Below, in pieces: positions 8,158 to 17,277 of a stretch of 64,000 bases of DNA. The translations under genes and the position numbers were made by a program. Numbering within the stretch: position 1 is the first letter of the stretch; every line of letters starts with the position of its first letter. Below the pieces are notes generated by a model. That model worked only from the letters and a program-made list of their open reading frames with translations, did no database searches and was not told where the DNA came from. The DNA is taken from positions 7,362 to 71,361 of IMG/VR virus record IMGVR_UViG_3300049016_000031. The stretch is one strand, 5' to 3'. The stretch comes from a virus.

Positions 8158-8411
8158 CTCGCTATCCTCTTACACGCCATTAGGACATCCCTCGGTCTCA
8201 CTACGATGACCCCTCGGTCAACCAACTGGTGAACTGTAACCGACTTAGGCTTATTGTAGTGGGGATGACCACGCTTGAGTCCCTCGAACCAGTAACGTCC
8301 GATCCCGATTCTACTCATACAAGAGTGGAGCTCGTCGAGCGACTCGGTTGATGTTATGTGAATTCCGTCCGTGATAATCATATAGATATAAGAGCAATTG
8401 GTGTGCCACAA
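8154..8411 (-). CDS. hypothetical protein (85 aa)
   Basis: ORF coupled to the upstream gene by a 4-nt overlap. Confidence 0.4.
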   Translation of the reverse strand: MWHTNCSYIYMIITDGIHITSTESLDELHSCMSRIGIGRYWFEGLKRGHPHYNKPKSVTVHQLVDRGVIVVRPRDVLMACKRIAR

Positions 8412-8454
8412 CTAAGTTGTTGATTATATTACACACCTGGGTCGGATGTGACAG

Positions 8455-8477
8455 AATTTGGCAACCACTTTGTGACA
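8455..8477. repeat. AATTTGGCAACC-NN-TTTGTGACA motif, copy 1
   Basis: AATTTGGCAACCACTTTGTGACA. Confidence 0.4.
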
Positions 8478-8709
8478 TGTTGTGTCATTGAGAACACTAG
8501 TTTGAATTCTTGGATCTCTATTATTTCAATCTCCAATATGCTTGACACGTTCTTACACCGCCTCAAAAACGTGTCTCGGTCAGACAGCGTCTCAACAGTG
8601 GATTGCATAACAATATCACCATGCTTATTCTTAGCAATAACTTTGTAAATTGTAGGCATCTTGTTTCCAACTGTTGGGTCGGTTGGCTTTCCCGACCCCC
8701 CTCTATAAA

Positions 8710-9744
8710 TTAATGCCCAGCAAATGGATTTGTTGGAACCGACCGGGGCCTTGGACCCTTGAAGAACAGGTTACTTGCAACGACATTCAGTGCTGTGCGA
8801 TCCGCGACCTCGAGGTTGTCGTTGTGTGACGCCATATCGGTTGCGTAATTGAAGATGTCGTAGGCTGGAACGCCGGTCGACGCGAGGTCTTTCCAGGTAC
8901 TGGGTTGGCTGAAGATGTCATCTAACTCAAGGTGCTCCGACTTGAGGTACGCCGCGTTTATTTTCGAGGTATTAAACTTACGGTCGAACTTCTCCAAATT
9001 AACCAGAGACCGAACAGACTGCATCTCGCCGACTGTTGCCGGGGTGTCCATGAGCCTCTTGGAGTTAGCGACGACCATGGAGGCGAGCTCACGGTCACGG
9101 AGCCTTAATTGGCGACGGACTAGAGCACCGACCCCGACCAACCAACGCTTAGCAGACTGCTCAACGGACGTCATACCGTTGGTGCAAATCATCCTCAGGA
9201 AGGAGGGGCTGTACCACCCATTCTTCTGACCGAGGTTGAGGCCGATACCGGTCTTCCAAAAGTCCTTGGCGCCGACCCTGACGTTGGTTGTCTCATCTAT
9301 AAGCAGAGCAGAGATAGTAAGCTTGTCGATATCAAAGTAGCATCGGTTGAGGGTCGTGTCCTTTTTCTCAGAGAGGTAGGCATCGATGAAGTCGAGTTGT
9401 GAGTCGAAGTTGAGGCGATTGCCGTCCGACTTCTCAGGAATAAGCACACGCTTAACAGTATCGTCCTCCCGGTCGATTACTGCAACTAGCTCCTGGCGAT
9501 TTCTGAACTTGGCAACCGCTGATGAGAATTGACGCCACTGCTGCGCAAGATCGGACTCCTCCTTCTTACCGACCGAAAGGGCACCGTATTGTAACTTGAA
9601 GATGTTGCAGAGGTCGGTCGCGGATTGACCAACAAGTTTGCGTTCCCCCATTTGGAGCCCCGAGGACTTGGAAAGTGAGAGCTGGGTCGCGTCCAGGGGT
9701 ACGACCCGGAGATTCTCGATTTCTTTACGAACTGCGTTTAACAT
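8710..9744 (-). CDS. hypothetical protein (344 aa)
   Basis: Long clean ORF. No motif recognised. Confidence 0.5.
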   Translation of the reverse strand: MLNAVRKEIENLRVVPLDATQLSLSKSSGLQMGERKLVGQSATDLCNIFKLQYGALSVGKKEESDLAQQWRQFSSAVAKFRNRQELVAVIDREDDTVKRVLIPEKSDGNRLNFDSQLDFIDAYLSEKKDTTLNRCYFDIDKLTISALLIDETTNVRVGAKDFWKTGIGLNLGQKNGWYSPSFLRMICTNGMTSVEQSAKRWLVGVGALVRRQLRLRDRELASMVVANSKRLMDTPATVGEMQSVRSLVNLEKFDRKFNTSKINAAYLKSEHLELDDIFSQPSTWKDLASTGVPAYDIFNYATDMASHNDNLEVADRTALNVVASNLFFKGPRPRSVPTNPFAGH

Positions 9745-9826
9745 TTTGTTTCCTCCTAGAATTTTTAACTACCCTATAGTACGACAAACCGGATGTCAAG
9801 TAAACATTTATTTTATCAGCTTTGGA

Positions 9827-10276
9827 TTATTTTTCTCCAATCGTTATTCCAATATTGCCATCTTGATTTTTGTATAAGACGCCCTGCCGCAGCATGTAAT
9901 GGAAAACACCCCAAACACGGTTCCTCTTAACATCTGGATGCATCTTAATTACTGAGTCAAACGCTTCTGTCATCTTTTTTGGACCATGTTGCAATTCAGT
10001 AAGAAGTTGCTGCCGGATGACCTTAGACGGCGTTTTATACTGACCAAGGGTTGGTTTTGGATCCTTGGTAGTTTTATTAGACACAAGCCTCTCCTCCCTC
10101 GGAAAGATACAGAAGGTATGATCCCAATTTCCGACCGGGAGCGAGTCGAGTCGGCAAATCAAACCCCGCTCAATTTCCGTCGCAATGCCGATTTGAATCC
10201 ACCTCTCCCGGACCTCACCATCTGGCTCGGTCCAATGAGATTTTGTTACAATATTATGAACTACACTTTTTGACAT
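9827..10276 (-). CDS. hypothetical protein, probably about 150 aa starting at MSKSVVHNIV
   Basis: A strong RBS (AAGGAGAA) lies 7 nt upstream of ATG 10276. The N-terminal 56 codons of the longest ORF (to 10444) are low-complexity and overlap the next gene. Confidence 0.45.
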   Translation of the reverse strand: MSKSVVHNIVTKSHWTEPDGEVRERWIQIGIATEIERGLICRLDSLPVGNWDHTFCIFPREERLVSNKTTKDPKPTLGQYKTPSKVIRQQLLTELQHGPKKMTEAFDSVIKMHPDVKRNRVWGVFHYMLRQGVLYKNQDGNIGITIGEK

Positions 10277-10526
10277 CTCGCTTCTCCTTATGGTCGGCAT
10301 TCTGTTCATCAATAAAGGCGGTGAGCTCCCCGAGGCACTTGGCATCAAAAATAGTGCCAGCCGAAGTTGTGCAAAAGACGTACACCCGCCAGGGAGTATA
10401 CCACCCGACACGGCCCAACTCGTTATGGCTACCAACTGAGACAATCTTCCAGACCTTAGTCTTCCCGGTGTCGTTGACCTGATGGAACTCGAGAAAACTC
10501 TGCTGAATTTTTAATTCTCTATTCAT
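10254..10526 (-). CDS. small hypothetical protein (about 90 aa)
   Basis: Starts MNRELKIQQ, preceded by a GGAGG RBS. Confidence 0.4.
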   Translation of the reverse strand: MNRELKIQQSFLEFHQVNDTGKTKVWKIVSVGSHNELGRVGWYTPWRVYVFCTTSAGTIFDAKCLGELTAFIDEQNADHKEKRDVKKCSS

Positions 10527-11034
10527 TATTAAAAACCTCCCCAAATTTCAAAGGCAATACTACTACGTGCGTTGCACCCTTGGCTTCCAAAGCCTTCCGA
10601 CATTCGTCTTCAGTTTGACCTACGACACTCGCTTGCTCAAAACCATTAATTACTGCACCTCCGAGAAAGAGGGCCGGGGGCGAAACAGGGGTCGCCACTT
10701 GAAACCACTGATCTGAAAGAAGAAGTTCAGCGGATACAGAAAGGACGCGGTGGTAGTTGCCATAGGCAAACATCTTAAGGGTACCGGTTCCACCACACGC
10801 CCGGTGTATGTACGACCCCTCCGACCAAGAGGGGTGTGACACATATCCCCCTCGGTTCATTACGTACATTGTCTGGGTCCAATCCATGTTCTGGTTCAAT
10901 GGAATGTCTTCGTTTGTGAATTTAATCATTTTTTCTCCCTTATGCCTCTCCCCGCGGCGCCCTCTGGAAGTTCTTGGCAGACGTCCAAACGCCGCGGGAG
11001 AGGGGTGTTCAGTCCCACAGGGGACCAAAATCAA
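10519..11034 (-). CDS. hypothetical protein (171 aa)
   Basis: ORF overlapping the upstream ATPase gene by 4 nt. Confidence 0.5.
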   Translation of the reverse strand: MILVPCGTEHPSPAAFGRLPRTSRGRRGERHKGEKMIKFTNEDIPLNQNMDWTQTMYVMNRGGYVSHPSWSEGSYIHRACGGTGTLKMFAYGNYHRVLSVSAELLLSDQWFQVATPVSPPALFLGGAVINGFEQASVVGQTEDECRKALEAKGATHVVVLPLKFGEVFNNE

Positions 11035-12011
11035 AAAGCCGTTACGACATATTCAGCCAACTCCTGCCAATTCTCCGGGTTAGCGTGCTGAATCTCCAAG
11101 ACTTTCAAGAAGGTGCGAATGTTGAGATCCCCGATGTTCTCCTTATGCTTGTCAATGAGGTCAAGTGCAGCGGTCTTGTCATCCGGGGCAATGTCCGGCC
11201 GGATGGCTCCGGATATTTGCTTGATGCGGTCAATCTTTTCTTGAGGGGTCATTGAGACGTCAACGAAGAGGCAGCGGGATATGACTGCTTGGTCTAACTC
11301 CGCGAGGCTAAGATTGGAGACAAAGATGATTTTCCCCTTAAACTCAAACGACATCGGCAAGTCATCATCCTTCCGAGCGAGTTCGGTGAGCCACGAAATG
11401 CGACGGGTATCGTAGGAGTCCAGGGCGCCCTTGAGGATTGATACAGTCGTGGGGTTATCCCAAACCGAGTCACAGTCATCAAATATAATGATCTTGTCCT
11501 TACAATTCCATAAAAGTCTGTAAAGACTTTTAGGGGTGGTGAAACCCTTGACGACCTTGAAGTGGCCGGGGATCTCCATTCCAAGTTCCTGCAACTCCTC
11601 GGCGCCCTCAACGTCATCAACGTTGTCGAGGCCCGCGGCGGTGAGGCGCTTGAAGACGGTGTAGGACTTTCCGAGCCCTCCCGACCCGGTAATAATTACG
11701 GATTTTGACTCACCGGTGACAACCATATCGACCACAGCTTCAATAAAGTCAAAGCGGGTATTAACGTCAAAGCGGGATTGCTTGACCTCGAGGCCGTGGT
11801 CCTTGCGCGCCGAACGCTGTTGACTGGCTCGCATACCGTCAACCGAAATGATTTTGCGATAGAGGCGCTTGGCGCCGACATAAACGACCGGCATGTTGTA
11901 CCTATCAGACCAAGAGTCGTAGGTCGCTTGGACCTCCTCACCGTCAACCTTAACGGTAACCGGCGTTCCCTGACCGGCACTCTCCAAGAGTGATTTTATC
12001 GAACTTGACAT
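11031..12011 (-). CDS. P-loop/AAA-type ATPase (replication- or recombination-associated)
   Basis: Walker A ITGSGGLGKSYT, Walker B IIIFDDCD and a sensor-like FVSN. Confidence 0.6.
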   Translation of the reverse strand: MSSSIKSLLESAGQGTPVTVKVDGEEVQATYDSWSDRYNMPVVYVGAKRLYRKIISVDGMRASQQRSARKDHGLEVKQSRFDVNTRFDFIEAVVDMVVTGESKSVIITGSGGLGKSYTVFKRLTAAGLDNVDDVEGAEELQELGMEIPGHFKVVKGFTTPKSLYRLLWNCKDKIIIFDDCDSVWDNPTTVSILKGALDSYDTRRISWLTELARKDDDLPMSFEFKGKIIFVSNLSLAELDQAVISRCLFVDVSMTPQEKIDRIKQISGAIRPDIAPDDKTAALDLIDKHKENIGDLNIRTFLKVLEIQHANPENWQELAEYVVTAF

Positions 12012-12181
12012 TGATTTCCTCCACCTATTTTAATTTTGAAAACATAAACTTGCGCACACCTATATAGATGCAAACGATGTACCACTCCTCACTTCGCTTG
12101 GACTTATTTTAAGCCCTTTGGTTGTAATAGTTAGCCGGGTTGCCCTAATGCCTAGTGCGGATCCGACCCAGAAGGTAACAC

Positions 12182-12203
12182 AATTTGGCAACCGTTTGTG
12201 ACA
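12182..12203. repeat. AATTTGGCAACC-NN-TTTGTGACA motif, copy 2
   Basis: AATTTGGCAACCGTTTGTGACA lies in the 200-nt gap upstream of the ATPase gene. A related GTGACAAAGTTTGTGACAACATG lies at about 16003-16025. Confidence 0.4.
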
Positions 12204-12210
12204 AAGTGTG

Positions 12211-13161
12211 TTACTTCTTAAACCATTCTGGAATCAGCGCCTCGTCGTCACCGCTACAGTCATCGCAGATGATGTTGAACAAATCGAGACCTAATTCTTC
12301 CATCTCGTACTTAACAAAGTGGGTATAGGTGAAGGATGATGCCACGATCACTAAGCCGTTTGGATGATTGTCAGCCCACTTAACAATCTCTCTGGCGTTG
12401 TCCTCCATCAGCGACGTACCGGGCATCATCCCACCAAAATCAAAAATGACCAACTCCGTGGTTTCCTTAATTCCATAATCCCCACCCGTCCCGGCGTGCT
12501 TTGGGGTATGGATGTCAAGTACCGCAGGTGCCAGCAATTGGCTGAACCGTTCAGTATGGTCCTCAATCTCTTCCTCCGGCGTTTGATCCATGCAACCCAT
12601 CATGTCAACAATGATCGCCGTGACGATTCGCCTCGGCTTTACGCCGGGTGGTAGCGTTGAGATTGGTTTAGATTTTGGCGTTTTCAGCCGCTTCTGTTTG
12701 TTCTTACTTTGTTTCATTTTTCTCCTTATAAGGTACACAACTTCGTGTTCGTGTCCTGCATTTTCCATTACGAATTCAACATCGTACTTAAGTTCAAGTG
12801 GTCGTATATCAAGATCAAGATTTCGATGAATTCCAACATACACAATTTCAGCCCCTCTCCTGATTGCTAGTTCAACAATTTTATCCACGCCCATTACACG
12901 ATTTGGTCGACAAATAAGAACTAGCATACCAGGTAAGAATGGAAAGTGGTGAGCATCTATTACATATGGGTTGCATTCAGGATTTTCCCTCATATACAAA
13001 TCAACACCACAAGCCTTGAGCCCGCACTCATTGAAAACCCGTACTACCCTCCCCACCCCACAACCAACATCAATCACAACTCGGTCATTGCAAATAGACT
13101 TTACCCAATCGATGAACTTGGGAAGAGGGTCAAAAAATACCTGATTTGGTAATACATCCAT
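12211..13161 (-). CDS. class I SAM-dependent methyltransferase fused to a C-terminal domain of unknown function
   Basis: Motif I VIDVGCGVGR near the N-terminus. A Lys-rich linker (KQSKNKQKRLKTPKSKP) is followed by a roughly 150-aa acidic domain. Confidence 0.6.
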   Translation of the reverse strand: MDVLPNQVFFDPLPKFIDWVKSICNDRVVIDVGCGVGRVVRVFNECGLKACGVDLYMRENPECNPYVIDAHHFPFLPGMLVLICRPNRVMGVDKIVELAIRRGAEIVYVGIHRNLDLDIRPLELKYDVEFVMENAGHEHEVVYLIRRKMKQSKNKQKRLKTPKSKPISTLPPGVKPRRIVTAIIVDMMGCMDQTPEEEIEDHTERFSQLLAPAVLDIHTPKHAGTGGDYGIKETTELVIFDFGGMMPGTSLMEDNAREIVKWADNHPNGLVIVASSFTYTHFVKYEMEELGLDLFNIICDDCSGDDEALIPEWFKK

Positions 13162-13164
13162 TTG

Positions 13165-13323
13165 TTACCTACTCCTCTCCACATTCTGCTCATTTGGTTC
13201 CCGGTCTACGACCTCCGGGACGGGTCGCTTAAGGTCTGCAAGCCGCTTGGCGGCAATTTGAACCTGCTCCCCGACCCGTTGGAGATACTCCTCCTCGGTG
13301 ATGTACGACTCTAGGGTTTTCAT
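13165..13323 (-). CDS. small hypothetical protein (52 aa), below the track cutoff
   Basis: ATGA overlap with the upstream gene's stop. Translates as MKTLESYITEEEYLQRVGEQVQIAAKRLADLKRPVPEV... It fills an otherwise 160-nt gap. Confidence 0.3.
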   Translation of the reverse strand: MKTLESYITEEEYLQRVGEQVQIAAKRLADLKRPVPEVVDREPNEQNVERSR

Positions 13324-13814
13324 TCCTGTTCCTTCTTAACTATGGAAATGTTGAAATCACTTAGAAGGATTTCTTTCACAATTTCCTTGAAACTTTTAGA
13401 GATTTGCCCATACTCAAAAACGGTTATTTTTACTAACTCAGCCACCTTATTTTGTACAAGTTTCTCCATATTAATCTGACCGACTATTTTCTCAACCTTA
13501 ATGGCAACTGCCTTCTGGGTCCATTCCTCAATATCTGCGCGTGTAATGCCAAGTTCATTCACCATATAGTTGCGAAATGTCTTGTACCTTGAGTCGCCAC
13601 CCTGGAGGTGTACCACCTTACCAATTTGTGGAACGCCGTTGAGCTGATCAAGAATAAATTGATTGCGTTCCATGTATTTGTGGTAATCCTCCTTACTACA
13701 GCTACTGGCTTGATTAGTTGTCAACACATGCTGATCACGCGCATCAACAATATACGCGCCACCCTCCTCATGTTCACCGAGGTGCGACGCAATTCTGAAT
13801 GGTTTTTGATACAT
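13320..13814 (-). CDS. hypothetical protein (164 aa)
   Basis: Clean ORF. No motif. Confidence 0.5.
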   Translation of the reverse strand: MYQKPFRIASHLGEHEEGGAYIVDARDQHVLTTNQASSCSKEDYHKYMERNQFILDQLNGVPQIGKVVHLQGGDSRYKTFRNYMVNELGITRADIEEWTQKAVAIKVEKIVGQINMEKLVQNKVAELVKITVFEYGQISKSFKEIVKEILLSDFNISIVKKEQE

Positions 13815-13840
13815 TTAAGTTTTCTCCTTTACACTTATTT

Positions 13841-14518
13841 TCATCTCACCTCCCTCGGGTCCCTTGACCCCACCTCCGCATCAATCGACCCAGGGCGATA
13901 GCCCGCAAAGTTGCCGAAGGCATTACCAATTTCCCACTCTACTATGGAGTTGAGACCGATCATGTAAGAGTTCCTCGGATCGGAATTAAACCCCGCAGCG
14001 TAGAGGCATAGGGATTTAATGTGGAGGCCATCTGCCGAGCCGGCGTAGTATGATCCCTGGGGATACCCCCGGACCTCGAATGGGCCCTCCGCAACTTCGA
14101 CGAAGAGCTGATTTGGTGAGAGTTGAGAGGCGACCTGCACACAGGTGCGCGAAGCGCCTGGAAGGCTATACGACCCGGCCTGGGTCCATTTCTGGCGTAT
14201 ATTAATCAGAGCCTGATCAATCCAAACCGGAATGTAATCCTCGACGGTCATTAGCTGTGCTAGAGTCGTAAACGGCTGCACTAAGTGCTCCGCGCGCCGG
14301 TCACGCATTCGGGCCTTAGTCTTCTTCACCCTATTCGGCCTGGGTCTATCGAATCCGCTAGACTGGTAAGGTACACCAAGTGGGGTGACCTTAGTTGGCG
14401 TGTAGGGATCCGTGGAGCCAAGGAATGGCCACAAGATTTCAGCTTGGGCGCTTGGTATTAACAGACCAACGGTCGACCCTAGTGCGGAGCCTAAAAACAC
14501 TCTGCGATTAATTTTCAT
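13841..14518 (-). CDS. secreted protein with twin-arginine (Tat)-like signal peptide
   Basis: N-terminus MKINRRVFLGSALGSTVGLLIPSAQA, i.e. RRxFLG followed by a hydrophobic core and AxA cleavage site. Confidence 0.55.
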   Translation of the reverse strand: MKINRRVFLGSALGSTVGLLIPSAQAEILWPFLGSTDPYTPTKVTPLGVPYQSSGFDRPRPNRVKKTKARMRDRRAEHLVQPFTTLAQLMTVEDYIPVWIDQALINIRQKWTQAGSYSLPGASRTCVQVASQLSPNQLFVEVAEGPFEVRGYPQGSYYAGSADGLHIKSLCLYAAGFNSDPRNSYMIGLNSIVEWEIGNAFGNFAGYRPGSIDAEVGSRDPREVR

Positions 14519-14587
14519 ACCTCATCCTCCTTTGAAGTTTTGTACTTAAATCCAAGAGACTCGAGAATCTCCATTCATACTTAGACA

Positions 14588-15871
14588 TCATCCCCCCATT
14601 AAAGCCTTGCGGCTCTCGACTGAAATTTTTGCAAAAATTGTCGCCTCTAGGGCTTCCTGGTGAGTGAACCCATTCTCAAGCATCAGGGCACCGTTCACGG
14701 TAGCCCGGGGGCTGATTACGACCTTCAGGCCACGGTTTGAGGCTCGGAGCCGGAATTGTTGGACGGACTCGACCCACTGGGGAAAATTGGGAACCAAGCG
14801 TCGCTCGAGAACCTCGTCGTACGGCCAAGCGAGCTGGACGAAACGGTCGAGGAAGGCGGCGTCCATCTTTGAGCGTCCCACGTACTCGGTACCTCCGCCG
14901 TAACCCCACGTGTTTGCCGCGGCGACGCAGCGTAAATTTTTGTGCCGAGGGGTTGGCTTTGAGCAACCGGGAAAATCAGCGACGTCACCGGCCAGAGCTG
15001 CATTGAACGCAAGGACGGCGGAGGGAAGTGAGGCGTCGACTTCATCGAAGAGGTACAAGCCGCCGTTTGTATATGCCTCCCGGAAGGCAGTGGAGACGAT
15101 GCGACCCTGGGCGTCAATGAAGCCGGACAGTTTGTACTCTGAGTCTATTGCGCCGTTAAAGTAGAAGTCTAGGCCGAGGGCATCGGCGACCTGGCGGGCG
15201 GCTGTGGTCTTACCAGAACCGGCCGGGCCTGCGACCCAGACATTGATTCCGCAGGACACCATCCGGAGGAGATGGTCGAAGCACTCGTGGACCGACCCGG
15301 ATATGACCTTGGTCTTCTTATTAATGATTACGTGGTGCTCTACGACCTGGACCTTGAGGAGTTCTTCCTTGACCGCCTCGCGGGCTAGTTCAATGAATTC
15401 TTTTCCATTAAACTCATACTGGTCCGCTACAAGTTCGCGAACTGGTTTGTCGAGCTTTTCAAGAATATCAAGAACCATCGCCTTAGTGTCCACGACTTGG
15501 AGTTTGGACTTGTCCACGTGCTCGTCTGCCGACGTCCAAGCGGACTTGAGACGCCTATCAGCTTCTTTTAATTCTGTAGCAGCAATTTGTGTTCGCACAA
15601 TTTCATACCGGAGGTCCATATCATCCTTAAATTTAGCACCGTTTAATGTATCAATTCCAAAGCGCTCAGCGCGAGACCTTAGGGAAGAACCCTTCAAAAC
15701 GCGCACGAGGCGCCACGCTTCTACAAAAGCTGGTGGAAATTTGTGCGATAAGCACTCAGTATGGATGAAGTCCCCGTCAAGGTTACCAGACCTAGAGATG
15801 GTAGAGACGTTCGGTGAGAAGCGATTGCCACACGCCGGACATATTGTTGCAAACTTAGCTATGACACTCAT
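14588..15871 (-). CDS. AAA_5 (MoxR/CbbQ/McrB-like) ATPase with N-terminal zinc ribbon
   Basis: CPACGNRF...HTEC zinc ribbon at the N-terminus. VWVAGPAGSGKTT Walker A and LYLFDEVD Walker B, typical of AAA_5. Confidence 0.7.
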   Translation of the reverse strand: MSVIAKFATICPACGNRFSPNVSTISRSGNLDGDFIHTECLSHKFPPAFVEAWRLVRVLKGSSLRSRAERFGIDTLNGAKFKDDMDLRYEIVRTQIAATELKEADRRLKSAWTSADEHVDKSKLQVVDTKAMVLDILEKLDKPVRELVADQYEFNGKEFIELAREAVKEELLKVQVVEHHVIINKKTKVISGSVHECFDHLLRMVSCGINVWVAGPAGSGKTTAARQVADALGLDFYFNGAIDSEYKLSGFIDAQGRIVSTAFREAYTNGGLYLFDEVDASLPSAVLAFNAALAGDVADFPGCSKPTPRHKNLRCVAAANTWGYGGGTEYVGRSKMDAAFLDRFVQLAWPYDEVLERRLVPNFPQWVESVQQFRLRASNRGLKVVISPRATVNGALMLENGFTHQEALEATIFAKISVESRKALMGG

Positions 15872-15911
15872 TAGTATTCCTCCGACCCTATAGATGCAAT
15901 TCCTATGCCAT

Positions 15912-16388
15912 TCAGTTTTTCTTGCGTTGAGTCTTTCGTTTCAACACCTTAGCCTTAGCTAGCTTCCCGGGTTTACCAAGGGGTTGACAAGAATTGTCAG
16001 AGGGACGTGACAAAGTTTGTGACAACATGCTTGGTGTTAAGAAGGACTGGGGGACGCAGAGAGGGTTGCCTCGGACCTTGGAGAGTTCAGCCATCCGGGT
16101 CGCCTCCCACGTCTGCTCTTTTGCTTCCTGCCTCTTTATTTTTTCATCCATTCTTCTAATTTCTTGTGCAGTTTTAGTGATGGGGTCGAAACTCCAATTT
16201 TTCCAAACAACTCCAGTATTTGCATTCAATGGGATTGGAACATGGCACCCGTGGGTACAATTCGGCTTTCGGCACGCAGTGCATTCGTTCACCTTACATC
16301 GACCCGAAATCGGGTGGCAATCACACTCGCAATTCGGATACTCACAATTCACATACTCACGCGTAGCACAATAAGATGATTTATTCAT
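15912..16388 (-). CDS. Cys-rich (zinc-finger-like) protein
   Basis: CATREYVNCEYPNCECDCHPISGRCKVNECTACRKPNCTHGCH. The ORF contains a TTTGTGACA repeat copy, so its true extent is uncertain. Confidence 0.4.
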   Translation of the reverse strand: MNKSSYCATREYVNCEYPNCECDCHPISGRCKVNECTACRKPNCTHGCHVPIPLNANTGVVWKNWSFDPITKTAQEIRRMDEKIKRQEAKEQTWEATRMAELSKVRGNPLCVPQSFLTPSMLSQTLSRPSDNSCQPLGKPGKLAKAKVLKRKTQRKKN

Positions 16389-16422
16389 AAAGGTTTCCTT
16401 CCGACTGGAGGGTCGCGGAGCG

Positions 16423-17277
16423 CTAATTTTTTACCGTTTCATCATCACTTTGGAAGTTGGACGGCATCGGGTCTTTGTCGTATTGGATCCAAAAATCGTC
16501 CTCGATGTCACCTGCAATTATTGCTTTACCTCTAGGCGCCTTACTCAAGTTATTTTTCAAATCCGCGAGTTCTGATTCAGATAACGGCCGAAAGGCTACA
16601 GGCCGGGGTGGCGGCGGGCCGAACTGCTCGAGGATGGCACAGCCCACGGCTGTAATCTCGAGGATGTTATGAATTGATTTTCTACCCGGATCTTGGGCCT
16701 CTTGAAGAAGACGCTGAAGGATGTCTAGCCATTCTGTCATCGAATGGTAGTGAACATCCAGGGTACCCCATTTGTGATCCTGGTACCGGCGCTCCTCGTT
16801 GATTGCCAAGAGGGCGGTCCGCCGAGCATCGGTAAGCCGATCGACAATTGAGGAAAGAGGTTCGACCCAGGAGGGGAACTCCTTTGAGAGGTACCGAACC
16901 CCCTTGCCGTGCCGCTTTGCGTAAGCAATCTCCGACCTGGTTGAATCGCCGATGTAGCCAGAGACGTCGAGGACGAATATCTCATCCGAGGCGCGGATTT
17001 TCTCCTTATGGATACGGTCTAATTTTTGCTTATTTCTCTCCGTTGGGTTATCATACTTATACGTTGAGACTGAATACACGAGCGCCGTCTCATCCAGCGT
17101 TAAGCGCTGATTCCAGTACTGGTAGGCGCTAGTGAAGCGGGTCGACCCACAGAGGGTGATGCGCTTAGGATGCCGCCTCATCCATGGGAGTTTGCATTTC
17201 GGTGCCACTCCAACCCACTGGAGTACGAGGCTAGTTGTAAGAGCGAGAATTCCTAAAATTAGTAGGAAGTAGATCAT
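16423..17277 (-). CDS. membrane-anchored protein: N-terminal TM helix + Rossmann-like deoxyribosyltransferase/SLOG-type domain + C-terminal helical domain
   Basis: N-terminal TM segment MIYFLLILGILALTTSLVLQW. Then ITLCGSTRF ... SDEIFVLDVSGYIGDSTRSEIAYAKRHGKGV, matching the YxAGP...D.GTA.E.G.A...GKPV pattern of this fold. Confidence 0.45.
   Translation of the reverse strand: MIYFLLILGILALTTSLVLQWVGVAPKCKLPWMRRHPKRITLCGSTRFTSAYQYWNQRLTLDETALVYSVSTYKYDNPTERNKQKLDRIHKEKIRASDEIFVLDVSGYIGDSTRSEIAYAKRHGKGVRYLSKEFPSWVEPLSSIVDRLTDARRTALLAINEERRYQDHKWGTLDVHYHSMTEWLDILQRLLQEAQDPGRKSIHNILEITAVGCAILEQFGPPPPRPVAFRPLSESELADLKNNLSKAPRGKAIIAGDIEDDFWIQYDKDPMPSNFQSDDETVKN

Noticed and set aside
7845-8209. ORFs 7845..8045 (-) and 7922..8209 (+) inside gene 7330..8157
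   Set aside because: Shadow frames. The plus-strand ORF is antisense and Ser/Arg-rich.
8429-8659. ORF 8429..8659 (76 aa) and its antisense partner 8448..8648
   Set aside because: They overlap the AATTTGGCAACC-TTTGTGACA regulatory box and lack a clear RBS. Kept out of the feature list as probably non-coding leader sequence; a small protein cannot be excluded.
14664-15893. Overlapping ORFs on both strands inside the AAA_5 ATPase gene (14664..14903, 14676..14966, 14725..15117, 14737..15006, 14910..15164, 15204..15893)
   Set aside because: Arg/Pro/Ser-rich low-complexity translations typical of alternative frames of a GC-richer gene. The ATPase frame carries Walker A and B motifs.
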